Shown here: positions 25,548-36,300 of the stretch, piece after piece
Layout: every line of letters begins with the position of its first letter
How positions within the stretch are numbered: the stretch's first letter is position 1
Translations under genes and position numbers: made by a program
The notes under the pieces: generated by a model
The model's input: the letters and a program-made list of their open reading frames with translations, nothing else
What the model was told of the DNA's origin: nothing
Databases searched by the model: none
Virus record (IMG/VR): IMGVR_UViG_3300035696_002955
Location: 424 to 64,423 of that record
Reading direction: 5' to 3' (one strand)
From: a virus
Taxonomy: Duplodnaviria > Caudoviricetes
DNA length: 64,000 bases

Positions 25548-27419
25548 ATGTCCGCAGGACCAACCATATCGCCGCAGAAGATACTTGCCGCCTCGCAGGG
25601 TGACTCCGCCAGCTTGCTGGAAGTCCTGAATCAGATCTGCCAGGTCTCGGTGCAGCAGCAGACCGTGACTGGCACCACCGCCACCGGCACCACCGCCGGG
25701 CAGCCCAATCCATCTGCGCGCCGCCCCGCGCAAGCCACGGGCACGGTGAGCCTTCTGAATGGCTCCTACATCGTCCAACTCGTGAATCCCGGTGGAAAAT
25801 CAGCCCTGAGCAACCTTCAAGCCGCCCAGGCCGCAAAAAACGCGACTTCGGCAACCCCCCTTCAGCCGGTAACGCCGATTTATCACCAGATCAGGGTTTC
25901 GACCAGCCGCGCCTTCAACGTGAACTCCAACACGCAGACGTTCGGGGGCGACACCGGGTCCACGCAAATCTATTGGACGTTGACAGGACTCGGAACCGGA
26001 AACTGGTATTTCCAGTTCCGCTCAAGCTATGACGGCGTGAACTGGAACACTTGGAAAAATACGAACGGCGGCCAGGGCTCTAGCATCGAAGAGGTCACCG
26101 TAGAGGATGAAGGAAACACGGTTTGGGCGGTGTTTAGCCTTCCCGGCAAAGAAACCATGGGCGTGGGAGAGGGATACCTCAGCGACCAAGAGGCGTTCGG
26201 CCTGCCTACAGGGCTGTACTCCTCGGGGATGGCGGCCATTGCTGGACCTAACGGCTTTGCAGTTGAGCCAGGGCAAATAAACTGCATCAATGAGTGCGAT
26301 GTACAACTCCAAGCCCCCACGACAGGCACGGGGGCCACGGGAACCCTTGATTATCCCCCTTATGTCGTAATGAAATATGGAGGAAGGGGAGATCCGCCTC
26401 CGCGCTACAGCGGGATCGCTAATGTGTTCGCCATAGCCTACGACCCCACAGGCGAGAACAACACCGTGTATTCCAGCCCACTCACCAGCGCGGGTTACCC
26501 AGACGTCAGCAATGACTACTCATCCTCCGCAGGAACTTGGGCCGTGTTCACGCTGCCAGGAGGGTCGCAATTTGCCGTTGGCTCGGGATGTGGATACAGC
26601 GGCGACACGATATTCACCCCTGCGGAGTGCCCTTGGATCAAAGCTGCAAATATGCTCTCTATCTGCTCGATTCAGAACAGCGATGTCGGCGACAATGGAG
26701 CGCACGGCATCAACCAGTGCTGTCTTACTGGGCTGACGCTGACAGCGACGTATGCGGACTACGGGAGCGCCGACAATGTGTGGACGGGGGGCGCGACGTG
26801 GCTGGCGGTGGCATGGTCGCCGGGCCACACGCCGGTATCCGTCACCGGTGGTGAGTTCCTCGTTATCAATCTGTCCGACGGAAACAAGATCGCCTTCGGT
26901 GCGGGTTCCTTGTTGAACGCGGGGGCCAGCTTCAGTCTGCCGCCTGGATTCTCAGAATCTCAATTGATGACGATCGGGATACCGGGTTCGTTCAGTGGGA
27001 GTGGAGACAACGTACTGCACGCTGTTTCTCAGTGCGATATATCAGGGACGACGGCCCAACTGACCTATGTGGATGGCTCGGGAAACAGTTGGAGCGGGGC
27101 TGTGAACTGGTTTGCCTTTGCGTGGGCCAATGCTTCGACCGTAAGTTCTGGCACCGCAGGCATCGTGGTTACCATCAGCCCGAATCAGGCCGTGCTCTAC
27201 ACGAATGGAACTTTGACCTTCACCGCCTACGTCAGCGGAACTCCCACCCAAACCGTCACTTGGTCCGTGGACGGCGTGGCGGGTGGTAACTCCACCGTGG
27301 GCACCATCACTTCCGGCGGCGTCTACACCGCCCCAGACACGCAGGGCCCGCACTACATTACTGCGGCGAGCACGGTCAACAGTCTCATCGTGGGCGGCGC
27401 CTCTGTCACCGTAAACTAG
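25548..27419 (+). CDS. Tail fibre/receptor-binding protein with three tandem repeats and a C-terminal Ig-like (Big_2-type) domain
   Basis: FN3-like YFQFRSSYDGVNW; repeats W(A)VF(S/T)LPG / FLVINLSDG; VTISP...VTWSV...GVYTAP. Confidence 0.75.
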   Translation: MSAGPTISPQKILAASQGDSASLLEVLNQICQVSVQQQTVTGTTATGTTAGQPNPSARRPAQATGTVSLLNGSYIVQLVNPGGKSALSNLQAAQAAKNATSATPLQPVTPIYHQIRVSTSRAFNVNSNTQTFGGDTGSTQIYWTLTGLGTGNWYFQFRSSYDGVNWNTWKNTNGGQGSSIEEVTVEDEGNTVWAVFSLPGKETMGVGEGYLSDQEAFGLPTGLYSSGMAAIAGPNGFAVEPGQINCINECDVQLQAPTTGTGATGTLDYPPYVVMKYGGRGDPPPRYSGIANVFAIAYDPTGENNTVYSSPLTSAGYPDVSNDYSSSAGTWAVFTLPGGSQFAVGSGCGYSGDTIFTPAECPWIKAANMLSICSIQNSDVGDNGAHGINQCCLTGLTLTATYADYGSADNVWTGGATWLAVAWSPGHTPVSVTGGEFLVINLSDGNKIAFGAGSLLNAGASFSLPPGFSESQLMTIGIPGSFSGSGDNVLHAVSQCDISGTTAQLTYVDGSGNSWSGAVNWFAFAWANASTVSSGTAGIVVTISPNQAVLYTNGTLTFTAYVSGTPTQTVTWSVDGVAGGNSTVGTITSGGVYTAPDTQGPHYITAASTVNSLIVGGASVTVN

Positions 27420-27436
27420 ACGGGGAGGGAAGAACA

Positions 27437-27877
27437 TTGGATGCGAGCTTCTGGAAGGGATACCGGCGCAAGACTGGCTCTCTGACCTGGAGGCTGGCCA
27501 CGCCTGAAGATGTGCCGCGCATCCGCCATCTTGGAAAAATCATGGAACGGTTTCTCGGGCTCAAGCAGGACTTCCCGGATATGTTCGCGCGTCCCGTGCT
27601 GCTCTGCCTGGTGGCGGAGAACGAGGCCGGCCAGATCGTTGACGGCCTCTACATCGAAGCCAAGGCGGAAATCCTCAAGATCAACTGCACGGCGCGCGGC
27701 TATGCCGGGATGGAAGAGATCAAAGATGACCTGCAGAACTGGCTTAAAGGCATCGGCTTCCGCTATGCCAATATCGTAGCTCCCCGCAAGATCAAGGGAA
27801 AGATGCTTCCCCAACTGAAGCGGATGGGGTTCTGGGAAATCGGCTCCCGGTTTTCTCACTGGATGCGCAGGCTGTAA
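27437..27877 (+). CDS. GNAT-fold-like virion assembly protein (T7 gp13/P22 gp14-like position)
   Basis: WRLATPEDVPRI...CLVAENEAGQIVDG...QLKRMGFWE acetyltransferase-like pattern; TTG start after GGGAGG. Confidence 0.6.
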   Translation: MDASFWKGYRRKTGSLTWRLATPEDVPRIRHLGKIMERFLGLKQDFPDMFARPVLLCLVAENEAGQIVDGLYIEAKAEILKINCTARGYAGMEEIKDDLQNWLKGIGFRYANIVAPRKIKGKMLPQLKRMGFWEIGSRFSHWMRRL

Positions 27878-27890
27878 GGGATTTCTCTCG

Positions 27891-27899
27891 TGGTACTCT
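27891..27899 (+). promoter_or_regulatory. TGGTACTCT promoter motif, copy 5
   Basis: Intergenic, before GGGGGAG SD and ATG 27928; 17-nt identity with copy 1. Confidence 0.7.
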
Positions 27900-27927
27900 C
27901 TACCCGCTTTAGGGGGAGATTGCCAGG

Positions 27928-28755
27928 ATGAGCAGCGCAGCAGGAGACCAGGCCAAAGTAGCGAACGCCGCGGCGACGACAGACGCAGGATACGCATCTT
28001 CGGCTCTCGGTTCGTATAACGGCGACATTGGCACCTATCTGAGCAACGTGAACTCGGCGCTCTCTGCCGGCAATCCCTTTCAGTCGAAAGACTACCTGAC
28101 CAAGCAAAACCTTCAAACCTCGGGTGCCATGAACTCGGCGAACGACGCAGAGAAGCAAGCCTTGGGCGAGACGGTAGCGCGCACCGGAACCAACAGCGCG
28201 GCCGTGGCCAACACGGTAGCTGACAGCGCCCGGCAAGGGCAGCGCGACTTGACGCAGTACAACGCCGGCCGCGATACGGCCAACGAGGATACCTGGCTGA
28301 ACCAGCAGGACAAGCTGATGGGCGACCAGTTGGCTGGAGCCAACTCCCAGGCCGGGGTCTACGCAACTTCGCTCGGTGGCCAGAACAGCACTCTCGAAAC
28401 GGCGCAGCAGGGCGCAGACGCGCAGACAGCGGCGAACGATGGAATGATCGATGCCGGCATGACGGCGGCAGGAACTGCTGCTGGCGGATATTTCACAGGC
28501 AAGTGCTGGATTGCCGCGGAACTGTACGGCGGCTGGGATGACCCGCGCACGGTGCTGGTGCGCAGGTGGGTCAGAGATGACCTTCCAAAGACGTGGCTTG
28601 GCCGAATTGCCGATGCGGCTTACGGGCGGTGGGGAGAGCAGTACGCCGTCCGCATCAAGACGCATCGCATTGAGCGCGCAATCATGCAGCACGTCTTTGA
28701 CTGCGCACTGATGGCTGCACGCAAAAAGTACGAGAAGCCAGCGGGAGGCCGCTAG
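27928..28755 (+). CDS. DNA ejection protein 1 with a C-terminal CFI-box-like domain
   Basis: A/Q/S/N-rich helical body; GKCWIAAELYG...LVRRWVRDDL. Confidence 0.7.
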   Translation: MSSAAGDQAKVANAAATTDAGYASSALGSYNGDIGTYLSNVNSALSAGNPFQSKDYLTKQNLQTSGAMNSANDAEKQALGETVARTGTNSAAVANTVADSARQGQRDLTQYNAGRDTANEDTWLNQQDKLMGDQLAGANSQAGVYATSLGGQNSTLETAQQGADAQTAANDGMIDAGMTAAGTAAGGYFTGKCWIAAELYGGWDDPRTVLVRRWVRDDLPKTWLGRIADAAYGRWGEQYAVRIKTHRIERAIMQHVFDCALMAARKKYEKPAGGR

Positions 28756-28756
28756 G

Positions 28757-30319
28757 ATGCCAAGTCCTTCATTTGATGGAGAAGACGAAGAAGCGACGCC
28801 TGTAGTCACTCCTGCGGACTCGCTGTACGGGTTGGCCTACGAAGATCAACCGCAAGCGCCACCTGACGCCGCGCCTGCGCCCGTCGAGGTTGTAGCTCCC
28901 GACCAATCGCAGGGGCAAGTGGACCCGCGTGCGCAGACTTATCTAACTGCGCAGGATGCGGAAGCGCCCACCGATTATGCCAGTAAAGGTGACGGCGTGG
29001 GCGGTCAGCCCTTGCAGGACAGCATGACGGATATGAGTCTGCTGGCGATGAAGCCGACCAGCCTACCCACCGATTACAGCCATGCCAGCCAGCCGCTCTC
29101 TCCCCCCAACTACGAGCAGTACCAGCAATATGGTGATCATTCCGCGGATATGGCCGCCTATACCGCGCAGAAAGCGGCCGAGGCCAAGGAGAACACCAAG
29201 CCGAGTGTCTGGCGCCGGTTGGGTGCCGGTCTGGCGGGCGGCATGGTGGCCTTCGGGACGAAAAGCGGCGAGCAGGGGATGAAGGTGGCCGAAGAGGTCA
29301 ATGGTGCTCCGCTGGCCAACGCCCAGCGGCGCTGGGCGCAAGCAGAAGCCCCGCTACAGGCAAAACTGCAAGCCGACCAGGGACAGGACGCGGTGACCGC
29401 CCGCAACAATACTCTGATCGGGCAGCGGAATAACCTGGCGCAAACCACCTACGCTGACCAGATCCGTGAGGGCTTGTACAACGCCCACGAGAATCAATTC
29501 AACGCCACGGCGAACAAGACAGACAACACGCCATTGGGCTTCACTCCTGATGATCCGAACAACCCCTACGCGGGTGGCACCATCACGAATGCGGATGGCA
29601 AGACGGTAAAAGGACCGCCCCCTGACAAGTGGATCGCAAACTGGGAGAAAAGCCCGGAGAACCAAGCAAAGAAGGGTTTGATTACGCTCCGAGCGATGCA
29701 AGCCGGAGGAATCAAGCTCACTCCCGAGCAGCAAGCCATTGTCGCCTCTGGCGGCAAGGTCACTCCCAGCGTCCATACCAGCATCAACATTGCCGAGAAC
29801 CCCGATGGTTCGGCCAGGGTTCCCGCCGGAAGCGTGGTCAATTCGCCCGATGCGCTGATCGCCAAGAGTATGCAGGACAAGGCAGATTTTGCGAACCAAT
29901 GGACCAGGGTAGGACACGACCAGGCTTCGGACGTCATACCGGAAGGTTCCTACATGAATACCTCGACCAACGCTCTCATGTCAGGACCGGAGTACAACAG
30001 CAGGATTGAAAGCTTCCGAACTAATCTGAACGCCAACCCCTACATGCGCAAGGCCGGCATCATGGTCGACAGGCAAGGCAACACGATTACCGACCGCTTC
30101 TCGCGGAACCCGCAAGTGCAAGCGCCGGCAGCCGCCCAGCAGCCAGCGCAGCCGGCACACGCCCAGCGTCCTGCCGCTCCCGCCCAGCGTCAACCATCTC
30201 CACAGGCTACGGCAGCAAAAGCGAGCCAATTAAAGCCCGGTGCTCACATTCTTGTTGACGGCAAGCCGGCAATCTTTAAGGGATACGACCCGAAGACGGG
30301 CAAAATCCAAACCCAGTAA
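28757..30319 (+). CDS. DNA ejection protein 2
   Basis: 520 aa, Q/A/P-rich with a central GLAGGMVAFG membrane-like segment; between ejection protein 1 and the giant protein. Confidence 0.7.
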   Translation: MPSPSFDGEDEEATPVVTPADSLYGLAYEDQPQAPPDAAPAPVEVVAPDQSQGQVDPRAQTYLTAQDAEAPTDYASKGDGVGGQPLQDSMTDMSLLAMKPTSLPTDYSHASQPLSPPNYEQYQQYGDHSADMAAYTAQKAAEAKENTKPSVWRRLGAGLAGGMVAFGTKSGEQGMKVAEEVNGAPLANAQRRWAQAEAPLQAKLQADQGQDAVTARNNTLIGQRNNLAQTTYADQIREGLYNAHENQFNATANKTDNTPLGFTPDDPNNPYAGGTITNADGKTVKGPPPDKWIANWEKSPENQAKKGLITLRAMQAGGIKLTPEQQAIVASGGKVTPSVHTSINIAENPDGSARVPAGSVVNSPDALIAKSMQDKADFANQWTRVGHDQASDVIPEGSYMNTSTNALMSGPEYNSRIESFRTNLNANPYMRKAGIMVDRQGNTITDRFSRNPQVQAPAAAQQPAQPAHAQRPAAPAQRQPSPQATAAKASQLKPGAHILVDGKPAIFKGYDPKTGKIQTQ

Positions 30320-30332
30320 TGAGGCACAAAAC

Positions 30333-33300
30333 ATGGCAACCGCGCCCGTCAGTTTTTCGTCTGCGGAGGTTGATCCGAGTTCTGCGCAGAACGCTTCGCA
30401 GCCGGTATCGTTTTCTTCGTCAGAAGTAGACCAGCATCCCCAGCAGCAGGGTCCGGTAAACCCCTACGCGAACAAGACACCCTCGGCGCCATGGTACGAA
30501 CGCGCGCGCCAGTATGTCGCCAACGGGCCGGTAGGAAAAACGCTCCAGGCTGATGCTCCGGGCGTAGCTCAGACGCTGCATCTCCAGCCGACGCCGGACC
30601 AATCGCCAATACCAACGAACAGCGTTTATCAGAATAACGATGTGCTGCATGATCCGCTGGGGATGAAAACCGCGCCCCCGGTGAACAACCATAATCTGCG
30701 CCCACTGGTCACTGCAAAGCCCACCATCAAGACCCCGAACCCCGCGGAGGAAGAGTTCAATAGCGAGTTCAAGGGGCCAAGCTGGGAACCAGCGGCGCGG
30801 CCGGCACCGGCGAACGCTTACGTCGAGATGGAGCAAGATGCCCACCCGGCCCCATTCGTTCCTGTTGCGCCAAACCCTGTGTACGAGCTTGCGCAACCGA
30901 CTCCACCCAACATGGACGCGATGCAGCAGCAGCATGACTCGCGCGTGGCAGCCTTCATCAAGGCAAACCCTTTAGTCGTGAATGACCCGTCCTTCGGACA
31001 ACTTGACCCAAACCAAACCGACCTCCCCAATGACCTCAAGCAGCAGGCGTCGCTGGAGTATTCCGCATTAGCCAAGGCGGGGCTTTCCGCAAGGGATGTG
31101 ACGGACTATTTACGACAAAATAGCGCGTTCAACTGGCATCCGATTCAGGCTGTAAAGGAAGCAAATCAGGGACTCGGAAACATCGCACAGAGTCTCGGAA
31201 CAGATGAATACGCACGGTTGCAAAGCCTTTACCCGGACGCGAGCGAAAAAGAGATAGATGAACTGGTAGGACAGGAAAGAGCAAAAGCAGGGCAGGGAAA
31301 GGTTAATTGGAACCAGACGGCGCAAGGCGGGACGCAGGTCATTGGCGGAGCAATGGGACTCAGCCAGCCGTTAATGGCGGCAGGTGTCGCTGCTGCCCCC
31401 TACAAGATGATCGCCGGTTATGTTGCGGGCGTGACGGCGGGATACGGCTCTGACTATATGGCCGACAAGCTGAAGATGAGTCCTGAGATGAAGGAGCTTG
31501 CCCACACGGTAGCTTTCGTAGCCCCGAACGCTTTTGCCGACTTTATGTCGCTACGAGGTTCTGTTGGTGAAACCACGGCACGCATTCCCGATCCTGTCAC
31601 GGGCGAGATACGAGAGGTTCCTGTCAAGACCGCTGCTGCCGGTGGGCGCGGCTTCGGTGTGGGAGTAGGTAAAGGCGAGGATGGCTCCTACTATGCCGCA
31701 GGACGCGTGGGACCATTCTCCGCTCGTGCGAAGTGGGGGGGGGCGCCTGATGGAGCTCCGAGTCCTGCCGGCGCGTCCAGGGAACTGACCGCCGGTGCGG
31801 GAGCGCCCGGTGAGCCGCCGGCCCCCGGCTCCGAGCCCCCGGCCGCGCCGGCCGCTCCCTCCGACGCGACGACGATCCAAATGCAGGCGCAAATGCAGAC
31901 GGTGCAGGAGACGGCCGCGCGCGCCGCGGGGGTTCAAAAGCAAGCCGAGCAGGTTGCCGGCATGACCCCGCCGCCGCCGCTGGCGCCGAAGCCGGGAGAG
32001 CCGGGATCGGGCAAGCTACCGAGTCCTGCCGGCATGGACGATGGGCACCTCTCGCAGGACACGGTGGACAAGGCTGGCCAAGCCATCCAGATGCTGCCGG
32101 AAGCGAACCGGCCGGGAGCCATCCGTGAGGCCGTCGGCAATCTCGCCTCGTGGATGTTCGACAAGAAAACAGTGGTGGGCCCCGACAACAAAGTGGTGAA
32201 CGTGGACAGCCAGCGGGCCGCCCAGACCGAGGCCGTGAAGATCATCAACGCCGAGGTTGACCGGCAGGCCGAGAAGGCGCAGAACGCCGCGGAGCAGCAG
32301 CAGGAAGCCATCGAACAGCGCCAGGAGAGCGCGACCCAGGCGCAGCAGGAGAGAGATGAGGCACTTTCACCCCAAAAGGCTACGAAACCCACAGCAGATG
32401 CAGGGCCGGTGGAGATTCCCAACACGCCATCCGTCCAGAAAGCTCGTAACGTGCTGGCGTCCGCTCCGATGGACACGCCGGCAGCAGACCTTGATGTGCT
32501 GATTCGCAGGACCGCGACGGTCACGACGCCGGTGCGCAAGGCGCTGGTGCAGGAAGAGGTCACGCGCCGGGCCAATCAGGAGCAGGACCAGGCACAAGTG
32601 GCCATGACCGGCCAGCCCACCCCGGAGGGCCAGAGCCGCGAGGAGTTGCAGCGGTGGGCCGACGGCGTGAAGGCTGGCGAACATCCCTTCGTCCACATCC
32701 CCCAGGAATCGAACTTCAAGCCGCAGGGTGTGGAAGACCTGACGCGGACGCCGGTCAAGGGCGCCGGGGCCTTCAGCGGAACGTACTACCACGCTCCCGA
32801 GGTCAGCGCGGCAGACATTCGCAAGGCGGCGCGGGACAAGAAAGACCCCCAGGGCGCGCTCGATGCGCTGGTGGCCGGATTCAAGGGTGAGGAGAAGCCG
32901 GTCGAGTTCGCAGGACACGAGGTTGAGGCCGCGCCGGTCGAACTGAAGCCGGAAGAAGTCTCGCAGGAAGCGCCCGTACCTGTCATAGGGCGCCCGGAGC
33001 GTACCGACCAAATCGGGGATCAGCACAAAGCCGAGGGGGGAGCAGAAGCCCCTGTCGAAGCCGCCCCCGTGGGACAAAACGCTGTTCCTCTATCGACGAT
33101 GGATCGTTTCAAGAAAGCCCAACAAGCCAAGGCTGACAAGTACCTAGACACCGAAGGCAGGATGCCTGATGGGAAAACCTCTACGCGCCGCGAACGCATA
33201 GATAAGAGGCTTGCGGATGGTTGGAGGGTATCTGTAGAGCAAGTCAAGGACGATGCTGGAATACGGCGCATCGAACGCGAAATAAAAGAGTTGGGACGCG

Positions 33301-36300
33301 GCCATGATGGATGGGGGGCACCCGCCAACGAGAATCACCCGGACAGGATCAAGCTCAATGGGCTCAAGGCAAAGCTGAAGGAAGGTCCGACAATCCCCGA
33401 GTACGTAATCAGTGATGGCAACGGGGATGACAGGATTATCTCGAAGACTGAATTTGACTATGCAAAGTCGATCGAGGGCAACTCGGCCGAGGTAGAAAAA
33501 CCAGAAACGGAGTTAAAACGAAACATTTCCGGGCCTGAATCCCCAATAACGAAACCGGCCCAAGGGGTTTCGTTATCCCACCCCAAAGCGTTTGAGCAGG
33601 GCCGCTCTCAGATCGGGAAGAAGTATGGCGAACCGGGGTACATGGACAACCCCTACAAGCCTGAGACCGAGAGCCATGCCGCTTTTGAGGCTGGAAAAGC
33701 AAGCACGAGTACCCCGACTGAGACGAAATCGCCAGAGGTTGAGACGAAACCCGCTGAGCAAGAACCCAAAGCGGTAGAAGACGAGACAACGGAATCGCAC
33801 CTTGAGAAGGCAAAGAGCAGCCAAGAGGCCATCGAGAACGCCTCGAAGGTTCGCCCCCTCAAGGAACTGACGGTTCGACCCACCAAAGCCGTTCGGCAGG
33901 GATACGTCAAATCTTTTGACCCGGACAACGGGTGGATCACCGACGGGTATATTGGCATCGACACGAAGCAAGCTGTACCCACGGCCAAGAAGAAGATCGA
34001 GAAGATCATGCCGCCGGCAGATGGCCCCAAGTTTGGATCGACTCCGTGGGGAATTCTGAAAGACACGCTGGCCGCCGCGACGGTGCCGGCTGAACCGTTG
34101 GGGTGGATCAAGACCTCTCTCTTTACCGACAAAAAGGGGCAGGAATCCCCGCCAGCAGATGTTGTTTTCTTTGGAGACAAGGACGGGAACACCTACACCT
34201 TTAACGCCCACATGGTGAAGTACCTTGATCAGGTTCTCGCCCCGGACTCGTATCGTATCGACCCGAATCCAAAGATGATCGCGCTGGTCCAGATCAAGGA
34301 CGGCAAGCCAGCCGGATTTGCCATGGCTTTGAGACTTCCTAAGCCGTACCCGCTGGATCACGATACTGCGCGTCAAACGATTGGTTCGATAGGTACATCT
34401 AAAGAGCCTGTAAAACTACCAGATGAAGCAGTATCCGGTCTCTCTCAGATCGCCGAAGAAGCCGTTTCCGAAGACCCGCGCGCTACCCTTGACGACGTTC
34501 TCCGTGACCCGAATGATGGCAAGATAATTGCAGAAGCCCTTGTGAATGACGGTATAATCACCGAGAGTGATGACAACGTGAATCCTGCCACAGCCCTGCT
34601 AACGACCTCCGCGCGCGCCAAAGTTGGGGATGCTCTTCTCTCGACCGTCATTGGTCCTGAACTGGCCGCTTCAACACCATCTTTCATCAAAGAGAAACTG
34701 CTTGGCAGCATGGGATCAATCGGGTCTATTTCCGGGGCTGACGATCGCTGGAACCTGAAGCCGGCACTCATCGAGGCGGTCAGCCAGTTCGGCCAGCACT
34801 TCAGGGGCGAGGACGACGTGCCCGACGCCGGGCCGGTGGTCGACGCCATCCTGAAGAAACTTGACTCCCCGATAGATCGGGTGCGGCAAGCGTTCACGAC
34901 CTACGCCGTGGCGCAGACGAACGCAGAACCAGAAGACGACCCGGTGATGGACTTTAATCTGGCGTTCGGTACTGAACTCACCGAGGAGCAGTTCGCGGAC
35001 GGCATCAAGGCCGAAGCGAAGGACCATCGCGCTGCCGCAGGAGCGACGGATTTCGAGATCGTAACTCGGCCGGATGGCGGTTTTAAAGTGGTATCTCCGG
35101 GGTATGCGACTTCATGGTGGACGGGATGGAACCGAGAAGGAGCTGAGAAGTGGATCGCTGAGGCTAGGCAGAACAATGCTAGCCACCAATCGGTTGAGAA
35201 GGTATCATCTGCCAAGGTGCGCCTTAACGCAATCCCTGATGATGGATTGAAGCCGGGAAACCTTCTCACCAGAAATTTCCTGCCGGTTGATATAAGTGAA
35301 GGCGCATCTGCGTTAAATGCCGCGTTTTCAGACGCAGCATCGAGAGATAAGGCGCTTTCAAAGGCCCGAATTGAAGATGTACCAGTAAGCCAAATCATCA
35401 CGCCGCAAAATGTCGTTTCTCGAAAAACGATTGAGGGATACCTGTCTGGGAGGCCCATTACCGATTCCTCGGTGATCCTCGTCAAGCACGGGGAAAACTA
35501 CTACATTGACGATGGAAACCACGCGACTGTAGCTCAAATCCTGCAAGGCGCTAAGACGATTCGCGCTAGGGTGATCGACGCAGACTCCTCCCCTCGTCCT
35601 CTCCAGAAGGGCGACAAGGTCACCTACAGGACCAACAAGGGCAAGGAGCGCACCGGAGAAGTCGCCTGGACGGACGGCAAGAAAGTACGGGTCAAGGACG
35701 GCAAGTCGGAAGTCAGCAAGAATATCGAGGACGTGAAGCCGGTCAAGGCCGCGAGTCCTGCCGCTGTTGAGCCATCCGCCCCCGAAGTGGCCGCCGACGC
35801 CACCCTCGTAGACGCCCTGCAACTGGCTTTCGAGCACGGGCGCGGCCCGAAAGACTACAACGGCCTGAAGAAGATCGTGGAGGAGTTCGACGGCAAGAAA
35901 CCTGACCAGCTTCGCATGAAGGAGGGTCAGGAAGCCTACGAGGCCATGCTGAACCGGGTGGCATCCCAGCTTGTCATCAAAGAGGAGGGGCACAGCAGCC
36001 GCGAAGTCTACGACCGCCTGACCAGGCTCTACGAGGGTCAGCCCAACCTCGCCATCCGAACCAGCACCAGCATCGACAATCAGGCATACTCCACGCCGTT
36101 ACCGCTGGCTTTCATCGCTGACAAGTTTGCCGGCATCAGCTTCAGGGATGGAACCACCGTCTACGAGCCGACGGCTGGCAACGGAGCGCTGCTGATTGGC
36201 GCCGACCCCCGGAAGGCCACGGCCAACGAACTGAACCCGGCGCGCGCCGCCATGCTCGAAGCCGAGGGCTTCAGCGTCAGCCGCAATGACGCGACGACCT

